From: an uncultured Clostridia bacterium
GTDB lineage: Bacteria > Bacillota > Clostridia > Christensenellales > UBA1242
DNA: 64,000 nucleotides
Assembly (NCBI GenBank): GCA_944350015.1
Contig: CALVNW010000005.1
Location: forward strand, 12,296 to 76,295
Reading direction: 5' to 3'
How positions within the stretch are numbered: the first letter of the stretch is position 1; the number at the start of each line of letters is the position of its first letter. Under the pieces are notes generated by a model. The model was not told where the DNA came from. It searched no databases and saw nothing but the letters and a program-made list of their open reading frames with translations. Positions 47,471 through 56,189 of the stretch are shown here, piece after piece. The translations under genes and the position numbers were made by a program.

Positions 47471-49960
47471 ATGCAATACGAAAACGATTTTGAGCAAGAG
47501 CGAATGAACTATGGCGACGAGGATGTGACCGAGGAGGAAGAAACCTTTGCGCAGTCAGGTGATGGTGGTGAGGGCGAAAAGGGGATAATCTATAAGAGTA
47601 TGAGCGAAGTGCTTCACGACTCTATGATACCTTATACCGAAACCGTTGTTATGGATAGAGCTCTTCCAAGAGTTGAAGATGGTCTAAAGCCTGTTCAGCG
47701 AAGGATATTGTATTCAATGCTTGAGCTAGGAGTAACACCAGACAAACCGCATAGAAAATCGGCAAGAATTGTCGGAGACTGTCTTGGTAAATATCACCCA
47801 CACGGAGATAGTTCTGTTTATGATGCAATGTGTCGTATGGCGCAGGACTGGGTGCTTCGCGCTCCGCTTGTTGATGGACACGGAAACTTTGGCTCGGTTG
47901 ATGGAGATTCTCCAGCCGCTATGCGTTATACAGAGGCAAGGCTTACTCCGCTTGCTATGGAGCTGATGCGTGACCTTGAAAAAGACACGGTTAGATGGAG
48001 CCTAAACTTTGACGACTCGTTAAAAGAGCCTGATATGATGCCAGGCAGATTTCCAAACTTGCTCGTAAATGGCGCGACTGGTATTGCGGTTGGCGTTGCA
48101 ACCAATATTCCACCTCACAATCTTGGCGAGACAATAGATGGTGTGGTAGCATATATTGACAATCCAAATATCAAGCCTGAGCAACTTATGAAGATAATTA
48201 AAGCCCCAGACTTTCCATCAGGCGGTGAGATAATTGATGTTGATGGCGGACTTGAGCAGGCATATAAGACAGGCAAAGGTAAGATTATTATTCGCGCCAA
48301 AGTTGCCATAGAAAAGAATGGCGACAAGATAAGTTTGGTGATAACCGAACTTCCATACCAGGTAAACAAAGCCCAGCTTCTGCAAAAGATAGCCGAGCTT
48401 AAAGAGCAAAATAAAGACAAACTCTCTGCCATTACTGAAATTAGAGACGAGTCTGACCGAAATGGTATGAGGGCGGTCATTCGCTTGAAAAAGGATGCAG
48501 ATCCTAAAAAACTTCTTGAATATCTATATAAATCAACCAATCTTCAAATATCATATGGTATAAATATGGTTGCAATAGCTGGTGGTAAACCGAAACAATT
48601 AAGTCTACTAGATATTGTTTCATATTATGCTCAATATCAAAGAGAGATTATCGTAAGGCGAACTAAGTATGACCTTAATATCACCAAAGAGCGTGCTCAT
48701 ATAGTTGAAGGTCTTTTAATAGCCATTAAAAATATTGATGAAGTTATCAAGATAATCAAAAAGTCGGCAACAGTAGGTGAGGCAAAGCAAAAACTTAAAG
48801 ATAAGTTTGCATTGTCTGATAAGCAGGCTCAAGCCATCCTTGATATGCGCCTTGCAAGACTTGTTCACCTTGAAGTCAACAAACTTCAAGAGGAGCTTGC
48901 CGAGCTTAAGAAGAAGATTGCTGAATATGAGGGCATCCTTGCTTCTAAAAAAGCACAATTTGATGTTGTAAAGAAAGAAATACTCGAGATAAAAAAGGGT
49001 TATAACTCGCGCAGACGCTCGGTTATATCTGGTAGCAGTGAGATAGTGGTTGAGACTGTAAAGGATGAAAATGCTGATATTGACAAGAATTTTGTCGTTG
49101 CAATAACTGCTGGCAATACCATCAAGAATGTCACGGCGAAGAATTATTCGATGAGTCAAAAGTCTCTCACTGACAACTCAACCATAACCGACGTGCCACT
49201 TCAGATTGAGAACCTCTCAGGTGGCGATACAATCTTTATCTTTACAAGCCAAGGCAATGTGATTAAAACCAATGTTGCAAACCTTAAGGAATGCAAATGG
49301 CGTGATAAGGGGCAATCGCTTTTATCTATTGAAAAGGGCGTTGTATTAAATGAAATACCTATTAAGATTATGAAGCTTACGCCAGAAGGTTCACTGTTGT
49401 TTATGACAAAACAAGGTATGGTTAAGAAGAGTAATATCAGTGACCTTATCGTCAACAAAGCCTTCTATCAAGTGTGCAAGCTGAATGAGGGTGACGAGGT
49501 TAAGAATGTTGAGATTGATAAAAACGGCAAGAGCATTTTAATGCTTACGCGCAAGGGTATGTCGCTCAATTTTGAAAAGTCAGACGTGCCAACTCAAGGC
49601 AGAATTTCGGCGGGTGTTCGTGGAATAAACCTAGATGAAGGTGATAGCGTTATCTTTGCAAAACAAGTAGATTTTTCAGCCGTTGTAGTTGTAACAGATA
49701 ATGGTTATATCAAGAAACTTTCGGTAAGCGAGTTTCCAACCTCGCAACGATATAGAAAGGGCTTAAAATATATCAATTTTGCTAAGAATTGTCAAAATGT
49801 ATTCTATGCTTGTGATGTTGATGGCAGTGCAACACTCGCTGTTGATTTTGGGCTTAAAATTCTTCCAATGGATACCAAGAAAATCCCAGAGAGTGAACGC
49901 CTAACGACCGGCAGTGAAGTCATAAAAAAGAACTTCTTTACAATCAATAAGATGGCATAG
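47471..49960 (+). CDS. parC: type IIA DNA topoisomerase subunit A, ParC-like
   Basis: 829 aa. It has [13 protein letters not shown] (Gln where GyrA usually has His) and MAQDWVLR (the QDW..LR pattern of Gram-positive ParC). No GyrA box (QRRGGKG) is visible in the C-terminal domain. Unusual ~40-aa acidic N-terminal extension. Confidence 0.65.
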   Translation: MQYENDFEQERMNYGDEDVTEEEETFAQSGDGGEGEKGIIYKSMSEVLHDSMIPYTETVVMDRALPRVEDGLKPVQRRILYSMLELGVTPDKPHRKSARIVGDCLGKYHPHGDSSVYDAMCRMAQDWVLRAPLVDGHGNFGSVDGDSPAAMRYTEARLTPLAMELMRDLEKDTVRWSLNFDDSLKEPDMMPGRFPNLLVNGATGIAVGVATNIPPHNLGETIDGVVAYIDNPNIKPEQLMKIIKAPDFPSGGEIIDVDGGLEQAYKTGKGKIIIRAKVAIEKNGDKISLVITELPYQVNKAQLLQKIAELKEQNKDKLSAITEIRDESDRNGMRAVIRLKKDADPKKLLEYLYKSTNLQISYGINMVAIAGGKPKQLSLLDIVSYYAQYQREIIVRRTKYDLNITKERAHIVEGLLIAIKNIDEVIKIIKKSATVGEAKQKLKDKFALSDKQAQAILDMRLARLVHLEVNKLQEELAELKKKIAEYEGILASKKAQFDVVKKEILEIKKGYNSRRRSVISGSSEIVVETVKDENADIDKNFVVAITAGNTIKNVTAKNYSMSQKSLTDNSTITDVPLQIENLSGGDTIFIFTSQGNVIKTNVANLKECKWRDKGQSLLSIEKGVVLNEIPIKIMKLTPEGSLLFMTKQGMVKKSNISDLIVNKAFYQVCKLNEGDEVKNVEIDKNGKSILMLTRKGMSLNFEKSDVPTQGRISAGVRGINLDEGDSVIFAKQVDFSAVVVVTDNGYIKKLSVSEFPTSQRYRKGLKYINFAKNCQNVFYACDVDGSATLAVDFGLKILPMDTKKIPESERLTTGSEVIKKNFFTINKMA

Positions 49961-49981
49961 AAGGCATATGTTGATGAAAGT

Positions 49982-50077
49982 GGGCGAAAGTCAAAAATTT
50001 TAAAAGCTTTTAAAATTTTTTGAAAAAGTTTTTGCAAAACTTTTTCGGCAAACATTAAAATGTTTGCACTTTCGCCC
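49982..50077. repeat. cloverleaf-like nested palindrome cluster (10-bp closing stem plus three hairpins)
   Basis: gggcgaaagt (49982-49991) pairs with actttcgccc (50068-50077). Inside: a 26-nt perfect palindrome aaaattttaaaagcttttaaaatttt, hairpin gaaaaagtttt-tgc-aaaactttttc, and hairpin gcaaacat-taaa-atgtttgc. Confidence 0.85.
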
Positions 50078-50174
50078 TAGTTAAAATAAAAACATTTGAC
50101 AATAAAAATAAGCCACAATTTATGGTGCTACATTCAGTGATTAAATTGAAAACATAATTATATACAAGATATTT

Positions 50175-50203
50175 AAGATAGAGCGCACCCTCTATCTTTT
50201 TTT
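50175..50203 (+). terminator. rho-independent terminator downstream of parC and the cloverleaf
   Basis: aagatagag-cgcacc-ctctatctt plus a T-run. Confidence 0.65.
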
Positions 50204-50308
50204 GTTAGGAAGTTTAATTAGTTAAATCTTTTAAATTATTAAAAAAATATTAAAAAATCACTTGACAATTGTGTATTTTGTACGCATAATAGATATAGAA
50301 GGTGAAAA

Positions 50309-50974
50309 ATGCAAAAGGAAAACCCATTGTATAAAAATCAGGGGATACACGTGATTACGGCTCTATTTACTGTTGAAGATGGCAAATTTAAGGTGCTTTT
50401 GATTAAAAGAGGTAACGAGCCTTTTAAAAACAAATGGATACTTGTTGGTGGCGCTTGTTATAATAACGAAACAGTCGAAGAGGCAATGAAAAGAGAAATG
50501 TACGAAAAAACAGGATTAAAGGATGTCAAGACAACATTCTTTAGGATTTATTCAGAGCCAAATCGTAGTCCTGTTATGCGTATGCTTGCAGTGGTATATA
50601 TTGGCGTAATTGACTGTAAAAAGGTTAAAATTCTTAAAAAAACTACAAAAACGAAGGATGCAGACTGGTTTTTGATAGATAGAGTGCCTCCGCTTGGCTA
50701 TGACCATAGTGAAATTTTGGTTGATGCAATAGAGTTTTTGAAAGAGAAAATTTTTGACTCTCAGATTTTGAAGGCGCTGTTTCCAGAGACGTTTACTTTG
50801 CCTGATATCTGTAATGCCTACAAAAGCATACTTGATAAAGATATCGATAGACGTAATTTTAGAAAAAAGTTGTTATCAAATAAGATTATAGAGCCAACGG
50901 GAACTTTTGAGACGGTTGAGGGCAAAAAACCTGCAAAATTATATAGATTTTGTAAAGATATAGTAGCGCCATAA
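50309..50974 (+). CDS. nrtR: NrtR-type regulator (Nudix domain fused to a C-terminal winged helix)
   Basis: 221 aa. N-terminal Nudix fold region (WILVGGACYNNETVEEAMKREMYEKTGL). C-terminal FTLPDICNAYKSILDKDIDRRNFRKKL, typical of NrtR. Confidence 0.75.
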   Translation: MQKENPLYKNQGIHVITALFTVEDGKFKVLLIKRGNEPFKNKWILVGGACYNNETVEEAMKREMYEKTGLKDVKTTFFRIYSEPNRSPVMRMLAVVYIGVIDCKKVKILKKTTKTKDADWFLIDRVPPLGYDHSEILVDAIEFLKEKIFDSQILKALFPETFTLPDICNAYKSILDKDIDRRNFRKKLLSNKIIEPTGTFETVEGKKPAKLYRFCKDIVAP

Positions 50975-51077
50975 ATTAAAACAACTTAAAGTAAAAAAAT
51001 GTTTAAAAAATGCTTTTAGCATTTTTAAAAACACTATAAAAGCGTATTTTGTACACATTCATTAAAAGGAGAAAGTT

Positions 51078-52088
51078 ATGAAAAAGAAAACAATTGTTAT
51101 CAATTTTACGGGTGGGCCTGGAGCTGGTAAGTCATTTATGGCAACAAGGCTTGTATCAAATTTAAAGGAAAGGGGGATATGTTGCGAGTATGTTCCTGAG
51201 TTTGCTAAGGACCTTGTTTGGGAAGGGCGAATAAGCGAACTAGGCGATCAGTTATACGTACTTGCAAATCAGGCACATAATATAAGAAGAGTGAGCGACA
51301 AGGTAAATGTAATCATAACCGATAGCCCTATAATACTAAGTATGTATTATAATGAAATTAATAAGTGTTTTAATAGTGAAGATTTTAATAAAATTGTTTT
51401 AGATACATATAAAGGTTATGACAATATTGTATATTTTGTTGAGCGCAATCATCCTTATGAGCAAGAGGGGCGATATCAGACGGAGGAGGAAAGCAATCTA
51501 GTAAGCAAACGAATAAAAGAAATTTTAGATAATAACAATATTAAGTATAGGAGTATTATTAGCTCTGGACAGTCCGCTGAAGAGATTACTGACTTTGTAG
51601 AAAGATTTTTAAAATTATATGGTGAAGAAAAACCTGTTTTTGAGTATGAAAGAAAATTCTTATTAAAGAGCAGAAATATTTTAAGATTAGGTTTTGGCAA
51701 GAAACATATCACGCAGTGCTATCTTGATATTGGGCAAAGCGAGAAGCGAATAAGATGCGTGGATAATAAAAGGTATTTTTTTACAGAAAAAAGGGGTACG
51801 GGCTCATCGCGCCTTGAGTACGAAAAGGAAATTAGTCGCGAAGAATATGAGTATCTAAGAGCAAGTTATCAAAAAGGCAAAACAATAGAAAAAGATAGAT
51901 ATTATTTCAATTTAGAAGGCACAAAGGCTTGCGAGGTAAATAGTTTTATAAGCCCAAGACCAATAAAACTTATTGAAGTTGAATTTGCGGACGAGAAAAG
52001 TATGCAGTCGTTTACACCACCTAAATGGTTTGGCAGGGAAGTGACAAATGATGCAAATTATTTAAACTATAATATCGCGGTAGAGTAG
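51078..52088 (+). CDS. P-loop kinase-like domain (nicotinamide-riboside-kinase/AAA_28-like) fused to a CYTH triphosphate-tunnel domain
   Basis: 336 aa. Walker A GGPGAGKS. The C-terminal half starts with the CYTH-type ExExK signature (FEYERKFLLK). Confidence 0.65.
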   Translation: MKKKTIVINFTGGPGAGKSFMATRLVSNLKERGICCEYVPEFAKDLVWEGRISELGDQLYVLANQAHNIRRVSDKVNVIITDSPIILSMYYNEINKCFNSEDFNKIVLDTYKGYDNIVYFVERNHPYEQEGRYQTEEESNLVSKRIKEILDNNNIKYRSIISSGQSAEEITDFVERFLKLYGEEKPVFEYERKFLLKSRNILRLGFGKKHITQCYLDIGQSEKRIRCVDNKRYFFTEKRGTGSSRLEYEKEISREEYEYLRASYQKGKTIEKDRYYFNLEGTKACEVNSFISPRPIKLIEVEFADEKSMQSFTPPKWFGREVTNDANYLNYNIAVE

Positions 52089-52422
52089 GATTAAAGGAAA
52101 AGCTTGCAAAATGATTGTTTAAGGGATATTAAAAAAATAGGATTTTTGAGTCTAGCAAGCAATCAACCGCTCATACTGTCGTCAGTTGTACGCTGGGCGA
52201 AGTATTAAATTAATCCTCTTTTTGGGGACACAGATAGCGTGTCGCATTTTTTGGCAACCTTAGGTTGCACCATTTTTAATCATCCTCATTGGCAGAAATT
52301 GCGGAGAGATAAGCGATCGTAGCATTTTTTGGCAAGCCCAGGGACTTGGCGAAGCATTAAAATTAATCCTCATATGTGGGACACAGATAGCGTGCCGCAT
52401 TTTTTGTGATAAAAATTAAACG

Positions 52423-52705
52423 AAGTACGTCAATTTGCTTGACAAAAAATGCGGGGGGGGTAGAATAGGGTATCCAAAATAAATTTTGGATACCCTATTC
52501 TATATTTTTTATATGTTTTAACCTTAATTTTCTTTAAAAACAACAAATTAAAAATATTTTAAAATTTGTTATTAAATTTGACGCAATTGTGACGACACGC
52601 CTGTGACAAAGGGTAAATTAAAGGTTAAAATAGGGGTGAATAATGCAAAAATCGTCGATTTTTGCATAATACTAGATTATTTTACGCAAAGTAATATTAA
52701 AAACA
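52423..52705 (+). repeat. conserved upstream expression cassette, copy 3
   Basis: Aligns with 26523-26810 and includes the same promoter, palindrome and leader hairpins. Confidence 0.9.
52439..52466 (+). promoter_or_regulatory. promoter P1 with a G8 tract in the spacer (copy 3)
   Basis: TTGACA (52439-52444), G8 at 52453-52460, TAGAAT (52461-52466), followed by the same palindrome. Confidence 0.5.
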
Positions 52706-52756
52706 AATGCCGAAAGGTGCCTCTTACTACGAGAGGGTTTTTAAAAGGAGAAAGGT

Positions 52757-53920
52757 ATGAAAAGTTTAAAAGTTAAATTAGTGTCAATAGTGTCGGCGTT
52801 TATACTAGCCTTGTCATTACTCATAATCGGCGTATGGGCGGTAGGTGAGACGCAAACAATTACTATGAGTGGTAGTGTTAACTTTGAGATTGCTGACAAA
52901 AGCCTATATGTCCAAGATGTGCGTATGCAAGAGGATAACAACTCTGCACCATATAGTCTAAAAGACCAAGGCAGGTTTATGCCAGGCTACATAAACGGCA
53001 ATTTTGATATGGATTTAGGTGATTTTACAAATAGTTACGGCTCTTTCGCGTTGTATTTTGACATAATAAACACTATGGATGAAACAACAAGTGAGACGTT
53101 TGCCTACATCGTGGAACAGCCAACGGCACCAAGCGGAACAACCGTCAGCGTGTCCATTCTAGGCACGGACGGCACAACACTAGAGCAAATACCACAAGGT
53201 ACAGTTAAGCCATCAGAGATTTCTGATAGTACTCTCGTCACTGCAACAATAAAACTTACAATTGCCACAACTTCGTCATCGACTGTTGATTTAGGTAATA
53301 TTACATTAACAATAAATCAATTTATACCACAAATTTATGACTATTTTACCTTTGAAGTAAATGGTGATGGAAAGACAGTAACACTTACTGACTATAACAA
53401 AAACTTATCAGATAGCACAGACGTGGTAATTCCAGCGACAGTAGATTTAGTTGGTGGTGTTTGGCAGGATGGTACCACCTACACAGTCACAGCAATAACT
53501 GATGGAAATTATAGAACTGGAGTGTTTTATGATAGTGGGATAACAAGTGTAACATTTCCATCAAGCTTAACAAGTATAGGAAGTTATGTATTCTATGGTT
53601 GCAGTGGACTTACAGGAAAGTTAAACTTAGGAGGATGTACAAGTTTAATAAGTATAGGAGGTTTTGCATTCGATGGTTGCAGTGGACTTACAAGTGCAGA
53701 TTTAAGCGGATGTACAAATTTAACAAGTATAGGGAGATATGCATTCTATCGTTGCAGTGCTTTAAAGTCAGTTGTTTTTCCTGAAGGTTCAACTGGGTGG
53801 TATGTGACACAAGACGAAACTGCAACAAGTGGGGATGCTGTTGACGTAACAAATTCTAGCACCAACGCAAACAATCTTACTGGGCAGTATAGCACTTACT
53901 ACTGGAAGCGCAATGCTTAA
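52757..53920 (+). CDS. BspA-type leucine-rich-repeat surface protein (paralog 3)
   Basis: 387 aa. Related signal/anchor MKSLKVKLVSIVSAFILALSLLIIGVWAV. LRRs (LTSIGSYVFYGCSGLTG...). C-terminus YYWKRNA, like paralog 2. Confidence 0.88.
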   Translation: MKSLKVKLVSIVSAFILALSLLIIGVWAVGETQTITMSGSVNFEIADKSLYVQDVRMQEDNNSAPYSLKDQGRFMPGYINGNFDMDLGDFTNSYGSFALYFDIINTMDETTSETFAYIVEQPTAPSGTTVSVSILGTDGTTLEQIPQGTVKPSEISDSTLVTATIKLTIATTSSSTVDLGNITLTINQFIPQIYDYFTFEVNGDGKTVTLTDYNKNLSDSTDVVIPATVDLVGGVWQDGTTYTVTAITDGNYRTGVFYDSGITSVTFPSSLTSIGSYVFYGCSGLTGKLNLGGCTSLISIGGFAFDGCSGLTSADLSGCTNLTSIGRYAFYRCSALKSVVFPEGSTGWYVTQDETATSGDAVDVTNSSTNANNLTGQYSTYYWKRNA

Positions 53921-54151
53921 GTATAGTCTTATTGGAGAGAGGCTAAAGTTAACGTAATTTTTATAGGTACAAAAAATTTGTTTTTAATATTTTAGAGGGT
54001 GGCTTTAAAACTGTAAAATATATTTAATCAATAAACCCAAATAGTAAATAAAAAATCATTAATATTTTTTCTCTAGTGTAGGTTAAATTACGCTAGAGAT
54101 TTTTTTATGTTTAGTAATTTTTTGGTGAAAGCGTAAATATACATATGATAA

Positions 54152-54197
54152 TGTTGAAAATTCAACACAATTCAACATAATTCAACATAATTCAACA
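54152..54197. repeat. four tandem 10-bp repeats (TTCAACAyAA) preceded by an inverted half-site
   Basis: tgttgaa-aa-ttcaacacaa-ttcaacataa-ttcaacataa-ttcaaca, about 55 nt upstream of the deacetylase gene. Confidence 0.85.
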
Positions 54198-54251
54198 ATT
54201 TTATTTTTTGTAAATTTCCTAAATTATTTTATTATTAAAAGTGAGGTTTGT

Positions 54252-55016
54252 ATGCCGTTCTGTGTTATCAAATCAAGGACTATAAAAATCTTCTTAGCTA
54301 TGCTTGCGGTGGTAATACTGCTTTGCATCTCTTTTGAGGGAGGCGCGTGCGCTCAAGTTTGGTTTGGCTCGTCATCAAGGCTTGTACCAATTTACCGAGT
54401 TGACACCGAGGAGAAGCAAGTTGCGATATCTTTTGACGCTGCGTGGGGCGCGGATAAAACGCAAGAGATAATTGATATACTTGCCGAGTACAATGCCAGT
54501 GCAACCTTCTTTTTGGTGGGCTTTTGGGTGGATAAATATCCTGAAATGGTCAAGGCAATAGATGATGCCGGACTTGAGATAGGCACTCACTCAAACACTC
54601 ATCCTGATATGGCGAAACTCGACAAAGCCACCATACGAAGCGAGCTTGAAACATCAATGTCGAAGATAAAGGACATCACCGGCAAGGATATAACTGTTTT
54701 TCGCCCGCCTTATGGCTCATATAACAATACGCTACTCAATGTTTGCTCTGATTTGGGCTTAAAGGCAATTCAATGGGATGTTGACTCGCTCGACTGGAAG
54801 GGCTTGTCTGCGGGAGAGGTTACCGACAGAGTTATGCAAAAAACTCAAAATGGTTCAATAATATTGATGCACAACAATGCCGACAATGTTTGCGACTCAT
54901 TAAGGTTGACGCTTGACTGGCTGACGAAAAAAGGATACAAAGTTACAAGCGTGGGGGAGCTTATTTATAGTGACAATTACACGATAGACGCAAATGGTGA
55001 ACAACACCAAAATTAG
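54252..55016 (+). CDS. polysaccharide deacetylase (NodB homology domain, PdaB-like)
   Basis: 254 aa with an N-terminal TM/signal. ISFDAAWG, THSNTHP and RPPYG motifs. Confidence 0.82.
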   Translation: MPFCVIKSRTIKIFLAMLAVVILLCISFEGGACAQVWFGSSSRLVPIYRVDTEEKQVAISFDAAWGADKTQEIIDILAEYNASATFFLVGFWVDKYPEMVKAIDDAGLEIGTHSNTHPDMAKLDKATIRSELETSMSKIKDITGKDITVFRPPYGSYNNTLLNVCSDLGLKAIQWDVDSLDWKGLSAGEVTDRVMQKTQNGSIILMHNNADNVCDSLRLTLDWLTKKGYKVTSVGELIYSDNYTIDANGEQHQN

Positions 55017-55029
55017 AGGAGGAAGAAAA

Positions 55030-55710
55030 TTGAATAGTACTACAGAATTACGTTGTTCAAACAATAGAGGGCAACTGATAGGCACATTGATTGAGCCAAC
55101 AAGTTCATTCGTCATTGAAGGCGACAGATTTATTGAAGGCAAACTAAAAGTTGAGAGATTGTCTGAGACGGTGGATATACTTCCATTTACAATTTCAGAG
55201 CGACTTGTCAAAGCGAATGGACTTACACTTGAAGAGGGCGAAAGACTGGCACTTGGTGGCGAGCTTCGTTCATACAACAGGATGGTTGACGGAAAAAGTA
55301 GGTTAATTCTTTCATTTTTTGTCAAGGATGTCTTAAGAGAGAACAATCTTGTTGATGAAAACACCAATTTGTTAAAACTTACGGGCTACATTTGTAAGCC
55401 ACCAAATTATAGAGTTACGCCATTTAATCGCGAGATTTGCGATGTGCTTTTGGCGGTAAATCGACCAAGTTTCAATAAGTCCGACTATATACCTTGTATT
55501 TTGTGGGGTAGAAATGCACTACTTATGCAGGAGCAGAAGGTTGGTACAAAGGTAAACTTATTAGGAAGAATACAATCAAGAGTTTACAAAAAAGAAATAG
55601 AAGAAGGAGTATACGAAGAGCGCACTGCCTATGAGGTTTCAGCTCAACGCCTTCAAATTTTAGAAAAAGAAAGCGAAGTGTCCAGCACTGAGGGAGAACT
55701 TGGTGCGTAA
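55030..55710 (+). CDS. tandem OB-fold, SSB-like protein
   Basis: Start moved to the TTG at 55030, 7 nt after GGAGG. Two similar halves with an SSB-like pattern (LGGELRSYNR..., LLGRIQSRVYKK...). Confidence 0.55.
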   Translation: MNSTTELRCSNNRGQLIGTLIEPTSSFVIEGDRFIEGKLKVERLSETVDILPFTISERLVKANGLTLEEGERLALGGELRSYNRMVDGKSRLILSFFVKDVLRENNLVDENTNLLKLTGYICKPPNYRVTPFNREICDVLLAVNRPSFNKSDYIPCILWGRNALLMQEQKVGTKVNLLGRIQSRVYKKEIEEGVYEERTAYEVSAQRLQILEKESEVSSTEGELGA

Positions 55711-55734
55711 TCTTTAAATATATTTAGAAGTTTT

Positions 55735-56146
55735 AAAGCAACAATAATGTGAAAGCAGGCAAGTAATCAGACTGTACAAAAACAAGCGAGGCAAGGCTCG
55801 GAAAAGTGGCTTAGCCACTCCTTATGGGGTTCCCCTAAAATCGTAAGATTTTTGGGGGTTAGGAATAAACGAGCGTTGCCGCGATAAATTACATAGTAAT
55901 TTTCGCTTGAGCGTAGTTTATGACGCAAGCAGGAGTTTAGTAGACCTAAATGACTGTTTTTAGGCGTTATTTGGGTTACCCTAAAAACACATTTATGTTT
56001 TTAGGGAAAAGGAAAAGACGAGCGATATTGCAATTATTGCACTTAGCAATATTGCCTGAGCGTAGTCTTTGACGCGGCGAAGCAAGAAAAATTAAAAAAA
56101 TTTTTCGGTCGCGACGTTTTTCTACAGTCTGAAATATTGTTGCTTT
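55735..56146. repeat. ~410-bp mosaic hairpin-repeat element bounded by inverted repeats
   Basis: Outer IR aaagcaacaata (55735-55746) / tattgttgcttt (56135-56146), followed by a T-run. Inner IR cagactgta (55768-55776) / tacagtctg (56123-56131). The interior carries two copies each of the modules seen at 12787-13700, in opposite orientation. Confidence 0.85.
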
Positions 56147-56189
56147 TTTTTATATTGACTAATCTCATAAAATATGTTATTATCAAGCT

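Noticed and set aside
47471-49960. Calling the A subunit gyrA
   Set aside because: KPVQRR, QDW.LR and the absence of a GyrA box favour ParC. The call is kept as a moderate-confidence ParC call with the caveat stated in the findings.
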